A stretch of DNA of 64,000 nucleotides from an uncultured Syntrophomonas sp. (GCA_964574965.1 CAZNPR010000001.1:5656-69655), one strand, 5' to 3'; positions 1-9,410 are shown, counted from the first letter of the stretch. The notes: a model not told the origin generated them from the letters alone. Numbers and translations are program-made.

Positions 1-16
1 TTAAGTCATATAGGCT

Positions 17-460
17 TTAGTTTTGTATCATCTGAGCCTGTAATTGTTTAACTTGAGCATAAATTGAGAATATCTTTCTCTTGGTAATAAAACGGCTTAC
101 GTAGAAATACCAGCTGCCGGCACCGATAACACCTGCCACGGCGGTCAGCCATAAAAGCAATTTATCCTGTGGGATGGTAACAGGCAGCACTGCCAGTTGA
201 TTGGGTTCACTCCCTAATATATCCCTTAACTGTTCAATGGTTTTCTTCATCATTATAATATCCGTTTCACAGCCCAAAGCATAAACCATATTTTCATTTT
301 GGTCCTGCCCTAATAGAATAGGAAAACCACTGGCTTCCAGGTTAACATCAGCAAATCCATTGAGATTTTTAAAGTCTGCCTCAGGCTTTTGGCCTAAATA
401 ATAATAGCCCGCAATGAGCGCTTGGTGTACACCAGTCATTCCTAAAAAAATTATCTTCAT
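17..460 (-). CDS. DUF3189-like protein, divergent second copy
   Basis: ORF track 17..616. The ATG at 458-460 gives MKIIFLGMTGVHQALIAGYYYLG, colinear with the N-terminus of the adjacent paralog (MIIIYHCFGGSHSSVTAAAIHLG). The longer track start would overlap that gene. Confidence 0.55.
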   Translation of the reverse strand: MKIIFLGMTGVHQALIAGYYYLGQKPEADFKNLNGFADVNLEASGFPILLGQDQNENMVYALGCETDIIMMKKTIEQLRDILGSEPNQLAVLPVTIPQDKLLLWLTAVAGVIGAGSWYFYVSRFITKRKIFSIYAQVKQLQAQMIQN

Positions 461-465
461 TAATA

Positions 466-927
466 CTACGCCTTGTTTAAAATTTTGAATTTGGTCATTT
501 CCACCAGGTTGACCAGTTCCCAAAAAGCCTTCTGCGTACCCTGGATCACCACAGGACGGCCAAATCTGGCAGCACCTATTCTCCGCGACGTAAATCCGCC
601 TAATTTCATGCTCCAATTTACTCTGCCCATGGTATTCACTGCTGCGACCTGATCCTTTTTGCCCAACAATTCAGCAATACCCACCAGCACGTTACTGAAT
701 CTGTCTGACTGGCTTTTTTTCCCCAGTACATAAACTGCATTATTCTGATCATCGAATCCCATGAAACGAATGGAGCCGAAATCGTTATTGGTGGTTTTAT
801 CAAAATAAGGCAATGCCATTATTTCATCTCCGGCAGGAGTTTTATCGGAGCTTAATAACCCCAAATGGATCGCTGCAGCAGTCACCGAAGAATGGGATCC
901 GCCAAAACAATGATAAATAATGATCAT
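466..927 (-). CDS. DUF3189 family protein
   Basis: 153 aa. N-terminal IYHCFGGSHSS motif recalled as typical of DUF3189 in Firmicutes. Confidence 0.6.
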   Translation of the reverse strand: MIIIYHCFGGSHSSVTAAAIHLGLLSSDKTPAGDEIMALPYFDKTTNNDFGSIRFMGFDDQNNAVYVLGKKSQSDRFSNVLVGIAELLGKKDQVAAVNTMGRVNWSMKLGGFTSRRIGAARFGRPVVIQGTQKAFWELVNLVEMTKFKILNKA

Positions 928-938
928 ACAATTCCTCC

Positions 939-1133
939 TTAATGACGGCAGACCAGATATATACCGTTTTCCAGATCATGGACCATGCCGCCCAGTATCT
1001 TGGCCAGATAAAGACTGATTTTTTGCTGTTCCTCTTCATCAGCAGCCATAAACACCGGGCATCCGCCGCCGCTGACCAATGTATCATTCAATGTAATAAT
1101 CGCTAAAATCATTTCATTGATCTTTATTTCCAT
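939..1133 (-). CDS. Small protein, probable capping-complex partner of the YIEGIA protein
   Basis: 64 aa ORF. Its ATG shares one nucleotide with the stop of the YIEGIA gene (TGATG at 1131-1135). The call rests on size and conserved neighbourhood only. Confidence 0.5.
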   Translation of the reverse strand: MEIKINEMILAIITLNDTLVSGGGCPVFMAADEEEQQKISLYLAKILGGMVHDLENGIYLVCRH

Positions 1134-2023
1134 CAGTCAGCCGCCTTTCTGCCGTAATAAGCCTTTAATGCGGTTCCTTGGGATGACTCGATAACCGGGA
1201 CTCGTTTAATGATTTCGATCAAAAATTTCAAATCCTGTTCACTGGTCATTATATAAAGAGCCAAATATCCCTGGTCGATCTGCTTACGGGCTATCGGCAT
1301 CAAGTCAGGTTCATTGACATCTACCTTGGTGCCTAAAATGGCTACGGCATCATGGATGATCGCCTGGCGTTGTCCGGGCGAATCCAGTGTAATCCGAGCA
1401 TTATCGTCCTTAGGTTTGATCAAGACCCCCATGCCTTCCCGCAAAATTTTTTCCCTGACCTTGGGCATTCCAACATTCATAATAAATACATCTTCTACTT
1501 TCAGCATTGACCCGGAAAAAGTAAGCTCAGCTGCCTGTATTTCCGCAATATCACCGATAACTTTACCGCTCATAAACTGAGTAGAAGCGATGATCGCCAG
1601 TGGTCCAGCAATAAATGCACATGGCCAGCTTAGAATTTGCACCACAGCACCAGTGATCAAAGCAGTAAAAATAACCATATAATTGCGGGCTTCAAATACC
1701 CGGGCGATCCCCTCAATATAATCGGTCCCCCGGGTTATCAGCTTGTTCTCTTCCAGCTTCCCCAGGGTTTCCCGTTCCATATTTCTTATTTGCCTGAATT
1801 CCTGGGCAGCCAATACTAAAAATGTGACGGCTACGAAATCCGGTTTAGCAATGGCAACCACCGCCACTGCTCCCAGGCTGGCAGCAATAAAACCCAAAGC
1901 CAAATGGGTTAGCTGCCCATGGGGGTATGTGGGGTACTGCCGATAATCACGCCTTAACAGGATGATCCGGTTGAGAAATCCAGCCGTGGTTGCTGTAAGC
2001 AGAACGATCAGATATTCCTGCAT
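1133..2023 (-). CDS. YIEGIA family membrane protein
   Basis: 296 aa with several hydrophobic segments and the literal family motif GTDYIEGIARVF. Start overlaps the spoIIP stop by 1 nt. Confidence 0.8.
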   Translation of the reverse strand: MQEYLIVLLTATTAGFLNRIILLRRDYRQYPTYPHGQLTHLALGFIAASLGAVAVVAIAKPDFVAVTFLVLAAQEFRQIRNMERETLGKLEENKLITRGTDYIEGIARVFEARNYMVIFTALITGAVVQILSWPCAFIAGPLAIIASTQFMSGKVIGDIAEIQAAELTFSGSMLKVEDVFIMNVGMPKVREKILREGMGVLIKPKDDNARITLDSPGQRQAIIHDAVAILGTKVDVNEPDLMPIARKQIDQGYLALYIMTSEQDLKFLIEIIKRVPVIESSQGTALKAYYGRKAAD

Positions 2024-3069
2024 CAGCGATTTGCATTGCCTTTATTGAGAAAATAAAACCCGCCAGCCGCAGCTGCTACCACAGCGAGAATAACCGCTAT
2101 GGTTGTTCCTGCTCCCTGGTTATCGCCGGTAAGCGGTTTTTTGGCTGCTCCCCCTTCAGTTTCTGCCACGCCTAAGGCAGCAGGAATCGTCTGGGCAAAT
2201 AATGCTACTCCCTTTTCGGCTTGGGCCTTATCATTGGTATGAGCTCCAACTTCTATTAAAACTGCCCGGGGGTGCAGATCCTGATTGAAGGTTGACTTAC
2301 CAATAAAGATCCCATTTGAAAGCCCCGGTTCTTTTTTATCCATCAGTGCCTTTATTTTTTTGGCAAATTCCAGATTGGTATTCATTTTAGGGTTCTGCCG
2401 TCCGATAACCAGCTTAATTTTAGTTACATCCTCACCTTTTACTTCAGCCTGGTATTGTTCAGGTGGTGTTGCATCACGATGGACATCCAAAACCAGATCC
2501 GGGTTTTTCTTAAGCAGGGATGCTGCGGTACGGCGCGAGCGGGTGTAAGCATTTACATCATGGGGATTATGATTGTTTTCGCTATAATCTACATTAAAGC
2601 CCAGCTTTTTTAGCTGCTGCACCAGTGACTGACCAACATCGTAGATTCCTCCACGTCCGGCGATACTTTCGGTTCCGTCAGTAGGTACATAGGATTCATC
2701 ACTATGGGTGTGATATACCGCAATGGTAGGTTTGTTAGCTGATAAAGCTGGAACTTCACCTGACTTAAAAATCCAGGCTTTGCGCTGGGGACTATATTCC
2801 AATACCGGCATGACCTCCTCCCCCAGGTATTTGCAGATAGCCGTTCTGCCATTAACAGCCGTTACCCGGTAACGAGAATTATCCGCTGTGATGTATTCGT
2901 CGCCGATATTTACCTCCAGGCCGGTCTGATGAATCGTTTGATTGTTTTCATTGATCAAAGTGTAATATTGACCTGAAGGCAGTTCGGTATTAGCGTATGC
3001 TAAACCGCCACTTAGTATCAAGCAAAACGCGGCCAGAATAATGATCAGTACTTTTTTATTCCTTTTCAT
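2023..3069 (-). CDS. spoIIP: Stage II sporulation protein P (SpoIIP, amidase-like)
   Basis: N-terminal signal/anchor, then TIAVYHTHSDESYVP and LDVHRDA motifs. Start moved to the ATG at 3067-3069, which lies 8 nt after GAGGGAGG. The ORF track extends to 3093. Confidence 0.85.
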   Translation of the reverse strand: MKRNKKVLIIILAAFCLILSGGLAYANTELPSGQYYTLINENNQTIHQTGLEVNIGDEYITADNSRYRVTAVNGRTAICKYLGEEVMPVLEYSPQRKAWIFKSGEVPALSANKPTIAVYHTHSDESYVPTDGTESIAGRGGIYDVGQSLVQQLKKLGFNVDYSENNHNPHDVNAYTRSRRTAASLLKKNPDLVLDVHRDATPPEQYQAEVKGEDVTKIKLVIGRQNPKMNTNLEFAKKIKALMDKKEPGLSNGIFIGKSTFNQDLHPRAVLIEVGAHTNDKAQAEKGVALFAQTIPAALGVAETEGGAAKKPLTGDNQGAGTTIAVILAVVAAAAGGFYFLNKGNANR

Positions 3070-3775
3070 CTTCGTTGCCTCCCTCTTTATCACTTTCGGG
3101 TGCAGGTTTGCGGGCCGGTTCCGGTTCTCGTAAATTGCTCAATAACTCTTCCGGTCGTCCTTCTGTTTGTGGCCCGCCGCTGATCCTTTCCAATACTTCA
3201 CCTATGGTCTCGGCCAGCAGTACTGCTAAGACGCCTGCCACAACCAATGAATCAAAAGCTCCGCCTCCGCCTACTGCAACAGTCCCCTGCAGTCCGGTGC
3301 GACTCAGCCAGATAAACTGGGTAACATCTACGGATAAAACGCCGATAACAGCAGCAAAAAAAGCCCCCCGCCGTGACCGTCCGGCCAGATAACCTACTAC
3401 ACCAGCTACCAGGGGGTAAATATAAATCGGATCAATAAAAATGTTTTCCGGTTCTGCTCCTAAAAATCGTGCAGCCAAAAAAAGAACCATCGCTGTTACA
3501 ACAGCAGCAATCAAAGCCCGGGTTTTTTCCCAAGCCGTTCCAGCTTTTATAAAAACGTAAACAGCCAAGCCAGTGACAACCAGTGCTCCCAGGTTGATGG
3601 TTACTCTGGCGCTAATAGGAATATCAAAGAAACTACCGATGATGATGGCCGCGATTACTGCCAATGCTCCTTTATCAGTTAAACGCATCCGGTCTAAAAC
3701 CCGATGTGCCACTCCAAAATAAATCAGTATGGAAATAACGATAAGGGCAATCAAACCAAAGGGGAAATTGGTCAT
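3056..3775 (-). CDS. DUF1614 domain membrane protein
   Basis: Polytopic hydrophobic protein beginning MTNFPFGLIALIVISILIYFGVAHRVLDRMRL. ATG at 3773-3775 preceded by GGAAGGAA. The acidic, proline-rich C-tail overlaps the spoIIP start. Confidence 0.7.
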   Translation of the reverse strand: MTNFPFGLIALIVISILIYFGVAHRVLDRMRLTDKGALAVIAAIIIGSFFDIPISARVTINLGALVVTGLAVYVFIKAGTAWEKTRALIAAVVTAMVLFLAARFLGAEPENIFIDPIYIYPLVAGVVGYLAGRSRRGAFFAAVIGVLSVDVTQFIWLSRTGLQGTVAVGGGGAFDSLVVAGVLAVLLAETIGEVLERISGGPQTEGRPEELLSNLREPEPARKPAPESDKEGGNEDEKE

Positions 3776-3837
3776 ACAAGTTCCTTCCTTTCTTTTTCGT
3801 GTTTTGATTATCTTACCCACTCAAAAAAAAGAATATG

Positions 3838-3867
3838 TAAAACACAAAAGCCACCTTACGGTGGCTT
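3838..3867 (-). terminator. Rho-independent terminator after fni
   Basis: Minus strand AAGCCACC-GTAA-GGTGGCTT followed by TTGTGTTTT. Confidence 0.8.
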
Positions 3868-3891
3868 GATTTCTTCATAAATGGCCTTTTT

Positions 3892-4959
3892 TTATTGACT
3901 TTTTTTCCGGTGTTTCTTGTTTACCCAGATACCGGGATCGATTCCCCTTGCTCGCAGCCATTCAGCAGTTTGCCCCAAAATGATCAAAGGCTGATCGGCT
4001 AATTCCTCCAGATTCCTTGAGCCGGTCATGAGCGCTGCGGCTTTAAGACTGTATAAAAAACCATTTAAAAAGGACTCGGCGCCTTCCTCTCCTTCAAGCA
4101 TGTATTTTTTTAAAAGAGGGGCAGCCATACCAATCATATCAGCTCCCATAGCCAATGCTTTGGCGGCATCCAAAGCGCTTCTTATGCCGCCTGATGCAAT
4201 GATCCGGGCGGGTAACTGCAATGCCGCTATCTCCCCCAGACTCCAGGCAGTTGGTATGCCCCAGCCATAAAATTCATCTTCTAATATCCCACCGCGATGT
4301 TTTTCTATGGCAATAAAATTCGTCCCCCCCTGTCCGCCGTTATCGAAAATGCGAACGCCACAGGCAAATAACTTTTCTGCCGTTTCCCGGGAGAAACCAA
4401 AACCTACTTCTTTGGCAATGATTGGGACCGGACTGGCATCCACGATGGCTTTGACATTAGCCAATATATTTTTAAAATTCCGTTCCCCTTCCCCCATGGC
4501 AATTTCCTGCGGAACATTGAAATGCAGTTGCAAGGCGTCTGCTTTGATCATTTCCACTGCTTTAAAAGCTTTATCAGGTGATTCATTCGCACCAATATTC
4601 GCAAAGATCAATCCATCCGGATTCTTCTCCCGAACGATTGCAAAAGAGGGGCTTAACACTGGTTGTTCAAAGGCGATGTTGAGCGAACCTACCGCCATAG
4701 GTATGTTGAATTTATGGGCTAAGGCAGCCAGGCATTGATTGATGCTAAAAGCAGAGTCAGTACCTCCGGTTATTGCATTAATGACTAATGGCCAGGAGAT
4801 TCGTTTTTCTAGAAAGATACAGCTTAAATCTATTTCGTCAATATTTAACTCCGGTACAGAGTTATGCAGCAGGAAAGTGTCAGCGAATCCATTTCCAGAC
4901 GGTCCATCAGCAGTTTTAACAGATATATCTATATGCTCATCTTTACGGGCTTTTCTAAT
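3892..4959 (-). CDS. fni: Type 2 isopentenyl-diphosphate delta-isomerase, proposed ATT start
   Basis: IAKEVGFGFS, GGQGGTNF and ASGGIR motifs. The frame is open up to 5007 and encodes the conserved N-terminus (RKDEHI..., INAITGG) upstream of the first ATG (4698). There is no in-frame ATG, GTG or TTG in 4699-5007. ATT at 4957-4959 lies 7 nt after AGGGAGGG (4967-4974). Confidence 0.8.
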   Translation of the reverse strand: MRKARKDEHIDISVKTADGPSGNGFADTFLLHNSVPELNIDEIDLSCIFLEKRISWPLVINAITGGTDSAFSINQCLAALAHKFNIPMAVGSLNIAFEQPVLSPSFAIVREKNPDGLIFANIGANESPDKAFKAVEMIKADALQLHFNVPQEIAMGEGERNFKNILANVKAIVDASPVPIIAKEVGFGFSRETAEKLFACGVRIFDNGGQGGTNFIAIEKHRGGILEDEFYGWGIPTAWSLGEIAALQLPARIIASGGIRSALDAAKALAMGADMIGMAAPLLKKYMLEGEEGAESFLNGFLYSLKAAALMTGSRNLEELADQPLIILGQTAEWLRARGIDPGIWVNKKHRKKSQ

Positions 4960-5570
4960 AAGTCTACCCTCCCTGCGATCATGTCTGCCTTCTGCAAAGC
5001 ATCCTGATCATTTACATTCAAAAATAATTCGTCCAAATTACCGAAACAAGCCAGATCTTCTTCTTCAATGATTAAAGCATCCAATTCCTCAAATAATCTG
5101 GTTAGTTTTAAACGGTCCGTTTCCAGATTATATTGTAAACGGGGCAGGCATTTTTTACTGTATACTGCTGACATCGGCTGCAGATAGCCTTTTATTTTCG
5201 GAACTACACTGTCCTTGTCTCCCAGTTTCTCCAGCATATGCTTGGCGATACGCATATCGACAAAGGGCATGTCACAGCCTAAAATAAAAACATGCTCATA
5301 GGCCGCATAGCTTAAAGCTGCATGCATACCTCCTACAGGGCCTTTGCCAGGATAAATATCTTCATAGACCTTATAACCGAGATTTTTAAATAGTTCCGGT
5401 TCATTGCTGATAATGATAATTTCCTGAAACACGGGTATAAACTTATCAAGAATGATTTCAATGATCGGTTTACCATTGATTTCGGCAAAGGCCTTATTAA
5501 ATTTCATTCGGCTGCTTTTGCCCCCGGCATTGATCACTCCGCTTACCAGCATAAATTCCCCTTCATTCAC
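4929..5570 (-). CDS. mobA: Molybdenum cofactor guanylyltransferase (MobA-like)
   Basis: N-terminal GVINAGGKSSRM nucleotide-binding motif, about 210 aa. Start ambiguous between GTG at 5570 and ATG at 5552. Confidence 0.75.
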   Translation of the reverse strand: MNEGEFMLVSGVINAGGKSSRMKFNKAFAEINGKPIIEIILDKFIPVFQEIIIISNEPELFKNLGYKVYEDIYPGKGPVGGMHAALSYAAYEHVFILGCDMPFVDMRIAKHMLEKLGDKDSVVPKIKGYLQPMSAVYSKKCLPRLQYNLETDRLKLTRLFEELDALIIEEEDLACFGNLDELFLNVNDQDALQKADMIAGRVDLLEKPVKMSI

Positions 5571-5596
5571 AATCCCCCCATATTATCAAAAGCGGG

Positions 5597-5621
5597 AAAA
5601 AAAGGCTGCCAACGGCAGCCT
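5597..5621 (-). terminator. Rho-independent terminator after the zinc-ribbon gene
   Basis: Minus strand AGGCTGCC-GTT-GGCAGCCT followed by TTTTTTT. Confidence 0.85.
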
Positions 5622-5636
5622 CGGTTTCTACATCCC

Positions 5637-5840
5637 TCAACCCTTCGTTCTAGCTGCACAATCATTGCAGTTGCTGTTGTTGCCAGCAGCTTTGCTCCTG
5701 CCAGTACTAAAAAGTGATAATAATTGCTTGACATTAACGGAATCGCATACAGGACATCGTACTTTATCCTTGTCAGCGTTTGATATTAATAAATTAAATT
5801 GATGTTGACATTCCTTACAGGCAAATTCAAATATAGGCAT
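5637..5840 (-). CDS. FmdB-family zinc-ribbon protein
   Basis: 67 aa starting MPIFEFACKECQHQF, with a second CPVC pair. This is the classic CxxC...CxxC FmdB layout. Confidence 0.8.
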   Translation of the reverse strand: MPIFEFACKECQHQFNLLISNADKDKVRCPVCDSVNVKQLLSLFSTGRSKAAGNNSNCNDCAARTKG

Positions 5841-5858
5841 GTCTCACCTCTAGAGTGC

Positions 5859-8060
5859 TTATTCGGTTACAATGACCTCATCGGGGGCAGCAAGTTCTTC
5901 TGTTTCCTCCTGCTCGGTGATCTCTGCAACTTCTTCTGTATCACTTATTTCAGCAACTTCCGGCTCAGCAGGTTCTTCTGCCGGTGCCTCCGTTTGTTCC
6001 TGCTTCTGCATATAGGCTTCAACTTCTTCAGTATCAACATCATCCTGTGCTTCTTTTATGGACAGGCTGATCCTCTTCTGTTCGCTGTCAATGCTTAAAA
6101 CTTTTACATTGACCTCCTGATCCACTTTTACTACATTTTCCGGTTTATCCACCCGGTAGTTTGCAAGCTGTGAAATGTGCACCAAACCGTCAACACCTGG
6201 TTCAACTTCTACAAAAGCTCCAAATGTTGCGATCCTGACCACTTTGCCCTGGATAATGTCACCTTCGTGATATTTTTCCACTACTATTTCCCAAGGGCTT
6301 TTCATGAGTTTTTTGCGGCTTAAGGATACCCGGTCCTTTTCCCGGTCGACCCCTAAGACGTAAACTTCGATTTCTTCCCCTTCTTTCAATACATCAGAAG
6401 GGTGTGGGATCCTCTTATAATCCAATTCGGAAATATGCAGCAGTCCTTCATAACCACCCAGATCCAGAAATGCTCCATAATCGATAATTCTTTTAACTTT
6501 TCCGGTACGGGTCTGCCCCTCTTCGATACTGTTCCAAAAGGCTTCTTTCTTTTTGGCCTTCTCTTCACCAGCCAGTTCTTTGCGGGAAACAACTACCTGG
6601 GAGCCCCGGCGTTTATTACGGTTAAATTCTATAATCTTAAATTCCATTTCCCGTCCAATATATTCTTCCAGGTTCTTAACAAAACCGTCGCCAATATGCG
6701 AAGCGGGAAGAAAACTGGTAATACCAATATCGACTAACAAACCGCCTTTTACACTGCCAATGACTTTTCCCGGAACAGTCAGCCCTTCATTGAAACTGAC
6801 CTCCAGTTTGTCCATAGCACGTTTGGAATCGACTTTCTTCTTGGACAGCAATATGTTGCCATCATCGTCCCATTTCAATACCAATACTTCTATTTGGTCG
6901 CCGACTTTTACTACTTCCTTAGCCGAGCTGACTTCCTGGGTGGATATTTCCCGCAGCGGGATCAATCCTTCTGATTTGCCGCCAACATCGACCATTACTT
7001 CGTCGTCTTTTACCTGAACAACAGTACCTATTATTACATCTCCTTTTCCTGGAGAAGCAATGTCTGCCATTTCAGCCTCCATGGTGGCGAAAGATTCCTC
7101 ATGATTTTGGACCTCCTGGTTCTCCATGGGCTCAGGTTGAAGGGTATCCGGGGTTTCATTTTCCTGATTCTGCTGGATCTCCTGTTCTGCCATAGCCTGG
7201 TTCTGTTCCTGGTTCTCCTTTTCCTCGTACGCCGTCATCCTATCCAATACCTCCTTAATTATCCAGTCCGGTGTGGAAGCGCCTGCAGTAATACCTGCAT
7301 TGGATACTCCCTGAAACCATTCAGGTTCAATTTCATCCGCTTTCTCGATCTGAATAGTTTTTGTACCGGTACTTAAACACTCTTTGGTAAGAGTGGCAGT
7401 ATTTGAACTTTGTTTATCGCCAATAACCAGCATCAAATCGACCTGGCGGCAAATTTCAACGGTTTGTTCCACTCTTGTTCTGGTAGCAGAACAAATCGTG
7501 TTGAATACTCTGGTTTCTTCTGCTTTCGTTAGTAATACTTGCGCTATTTCATAAAATTTAGTTTCATCCTTGGTGGTTTGGGATACCAAGGCAATTTTGT
7601 GTCGTTTATCGATATTTTCAACCTGTTGAAGCTGATTTATTACTGTTGCTTTATTATCACACCAACCTAGAATTCCTATTACTTCAGGATGATTTACGTC
7701 CCCATATATATAAATTTCATATTGTTCCTGCAGCAAAGACTGTACTATTTTATGCACTTTGCTGACCAGGGGACAGGTGGCGTCAACTATTCTGCAACCT
7801 TTGTTTTCCGCTGCCTTTATTATAGCGGAACTTACGCCGTGTGACCTTATAATAATACCACTATTTTGTTCCGTAATGTGTTCCAAACTATCGACCGGGC
7901 TGATCCCCTTGGCTTTCAAATGATCAATTACGGCATTATTATGGACCAGCGGCCCTAAACTGTACCAGGTGCCAGATTCACCAGCAGTATTTTCTGCCAA
8001 TTTAAGTGCTCTTTTCACCCCTGCACAAAATCCGGCATTTTTGACAATATGAATCTGCAA
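5859..8060 (-). CDS. ispH: Bifunctional 4-hydroxy-3-methylbut-2-enyl diphosphate reductase / ribosomal protein S1 fusion
   Basis: N-terminal LytB/IspH (MQIHIVKNAGFCAGVKRA, three Cys ligand regions), a Q/E-rich linker, then four S1 repeats (GxVxxxxxxGxxVDIG-type) and an acidic tail. Confidence 0.9.
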   Translation of the reverse strand: MQIHIVKNAGFCAGVKRALKLAENTAGESGTWYSLGPLVHNNAVIDHLKAKGISPVDSLEHITEQNSGIIIRSHGVSSAIIKAAENKGCRIVDATCPLVSKVHKIVQSLLQEQYEIYIYGDVNHPEVIGILGWCDNKATVINQLQQVENIDKRHKIALVSQTTKDETKFYEIAQVLLTKAEETRVFNTICSATRTRVEQTVEICRQVDLMLVIGDKQSSNTATLTKECLSTGTKTIQIEKADEIEPEWFQGVSNAGITAGASTPDWIIKEVLDRMTAYEEKENQEQNQAMAEQEIQQNQENETPDTLQPEPMENQEVQNHEESFATMEAEMADIASPGKGDVIIGTVVQVKDDEVMVDVGGKSEGLIPLREISTQEVSSAKEVVKVGDQIEVLVLKWDDDGNILLSKKKVDSKRAMDKLEVSFNEGLTVPGKVIGSVKGGLLVDIGITSFLPASHIGDGFVKNLEEYIGREMEFKIIEFNRNKRRGSQVVVSRKELAGEEKAKKKEAFWNSIEEGQTRTGKVKRIIDYGAFLDLGGYEGLLHISELDYKRIPHPSDVLKEGEEIEVYVLGVDREKDRVSLSRKKLMKSPWEIVVEKYHEGDIIQGKVVRIATFGAFVEVEPGVDGLVHISQLANYRVDKPENVVKVDQEVNVKVLSIDSEQKRISLSIKEAQDDVDTEEVEAYMQKQEQTEAPAEEPAEPEVAEISDTEEVAEITEQEETEELAAPDEVIVTE

Positions 8061-8109
8061 ATTGTCACCTGCTTCATTTAATAATTCGTATTTACGAGCT
8101 TAAATCCTT

Positions 8110-8694
8110 CTATTTGCATCGAAGTATATTAATTTCATCAGCGATTTGCTGACTGAATGCCTCTAACTTCTTACTGTTGATCCTGGTTTCATTTTCATTA
8201 TAATATTTTATCGGCTGGCCGAATACAACCTTTACCGAACGAAAAGGCAAAAAGTGCTTTGTGCCTATACAGGCCACCGGGATCACAGAGGTGCCTGTTT
8301 TGATGGAAATCAATGCCGTGCCGGTTTGAGCTGCTACTTGAGTTCCTTCGTTCTTTCTGGTTCCCTCTGGGAAAATACCGAGGATCCCGCCTTTTTCTAA
8401 AATGGCGATCGATGTTTTTATCGCTTTTAAATCCGCCGAGCCTCGCTTGACTGGAAAAGCATTGAGGGCTGACATAAATTTGCCAAATAACTGGTTACGA
8501 AAGAATTCTTCCTTGGCCATAAAGTGGATCGGCCGCTTGACCAGCACCGCTATCACAATAGGATCGTAAAAGCTCAAATGATTGGCGGCTATGATTTGTG
8601 CACCCTCTTCGGGTACATTATGTAATCCTTCGTGTTTTATACCTAAGAAAAAAAACAACATCCTGGCGATTGCCCTGACAAAAGTATAAACCAT
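8110..8694 (-). CDS. plsC: 1-acyl-sn-glycerol-3-phosphate acyltransferase
   Basis: NHLSFYDP (HX4D) and FPEGTR motifs. Confidence 0.85.
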   Translation of the reverse strand: MVYTFVRAIARMLFFFLGIKHEGLHNVPEEGAQIIAANHLSFYDPIVIAVLVKRPIHFMAKEEFFRNQLFGKFMSALNAFPVKRGSADLKAIKTSIAILEKGGILGIFPEGTRKNEGTQVAAQTGTALISIKTGTSVIPVACIGTKHFLPFRSVKVVFGQPIKYYNENETRINSKKLEAFSQQIADEINILRCK

Positions 8695-8695
8695 A

Positions 8696-9352
8696 TTATT
8701 CCCCCCGGATAACAGTCAACATTTTGGCAAGCACTTCATCTGCTGTTAAATTGGTGGTATCAATAATTATCGAATCACGAAGTATTTTTAAGGCGCCTAC
8801 CGGTCTTTGGGAATCGCTCCTATCCCTGCGGGTCAAATCATCGCGGATTGATTCTGGTGTTACGGCATATCCCGCCTTCTTATATTCTGCCGTCCGCCGT
8901 CTTATGCGTTCCTCCACATCAGCAGTAAGGAAAAATTTAAAATCTGCATCTGGCAAGACGATCTCCCCAATATCACGCCCATCCATTACCACATTACTGG
9001 CTTTAGCCATTGCCTGCTGCTGGTCAACCATTATTTCCCGTACCGATGGATAAGCAGCGATTTTCGATACCAAAGTACCGATTTGCGGTGAACGGATCTC
9101 ACTGGTGATGTCTTCATTATCACAAATTATTTGTTGGGTTTGGGAATTTATTTGGAAGTGTATATTCGTTTTCTTCGCCAGTTCACATACTGCTGATTCA
9201 AGATCTATGTCAATGTTTTCCTTTATGACCTTCCATGTAACAGCCCGGTACATTGCTCCGGTATCAATGTAGATAAATCCTAGTTTTTGAGCCAGTGCTT
9301 TGGCCAAAGTGCTTTTTCCCGCACCAGCTGGTCCATCGATCGCTATTTTCAT
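8696..9352 (-). CDS. cmk: Cytidylate kinase
   Basis: IAIDGPAGAGKST P-loop, about 218 aa. Typical cmk-plsC-S1 neighbourhood. Confidence 0.92.
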   Translation of the reverse strand: MKIAIDGPAGAGKSTLAKALAQKLGFIYIDTGAMYRAVTWKVIKENIDIDLESAVCELAKKTNIHFQINSQTQQIICDNEDITSEIRSPQIGTLVSKIAAYPSVREIMVDQQQAMAKASNVVMDGRDIGEIVLPDADFKFFLTADVEERIRRRTAEYKKAGYAVTPESIRDDLTRRDRSDSQRPVGALKILRDSIIIDTTNLTADEVLAKMLTVIRGE

Positions 9353-9381
9353 GAATTTACCACCTGTATTATTTCTATATT

Positions 9382-9410
9382 ATTCTATCACAATGCGGTT
9401 TTATGTGAAA
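9382..9410 (-). promoter_or_regulatory. Sigma-A type promoter upstream of cmk
   Basis: Minus strand TTTCAC, 17 nt, TAGAAT, with an extended -10 (TGATAGAAT). Confidence 0.5.
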
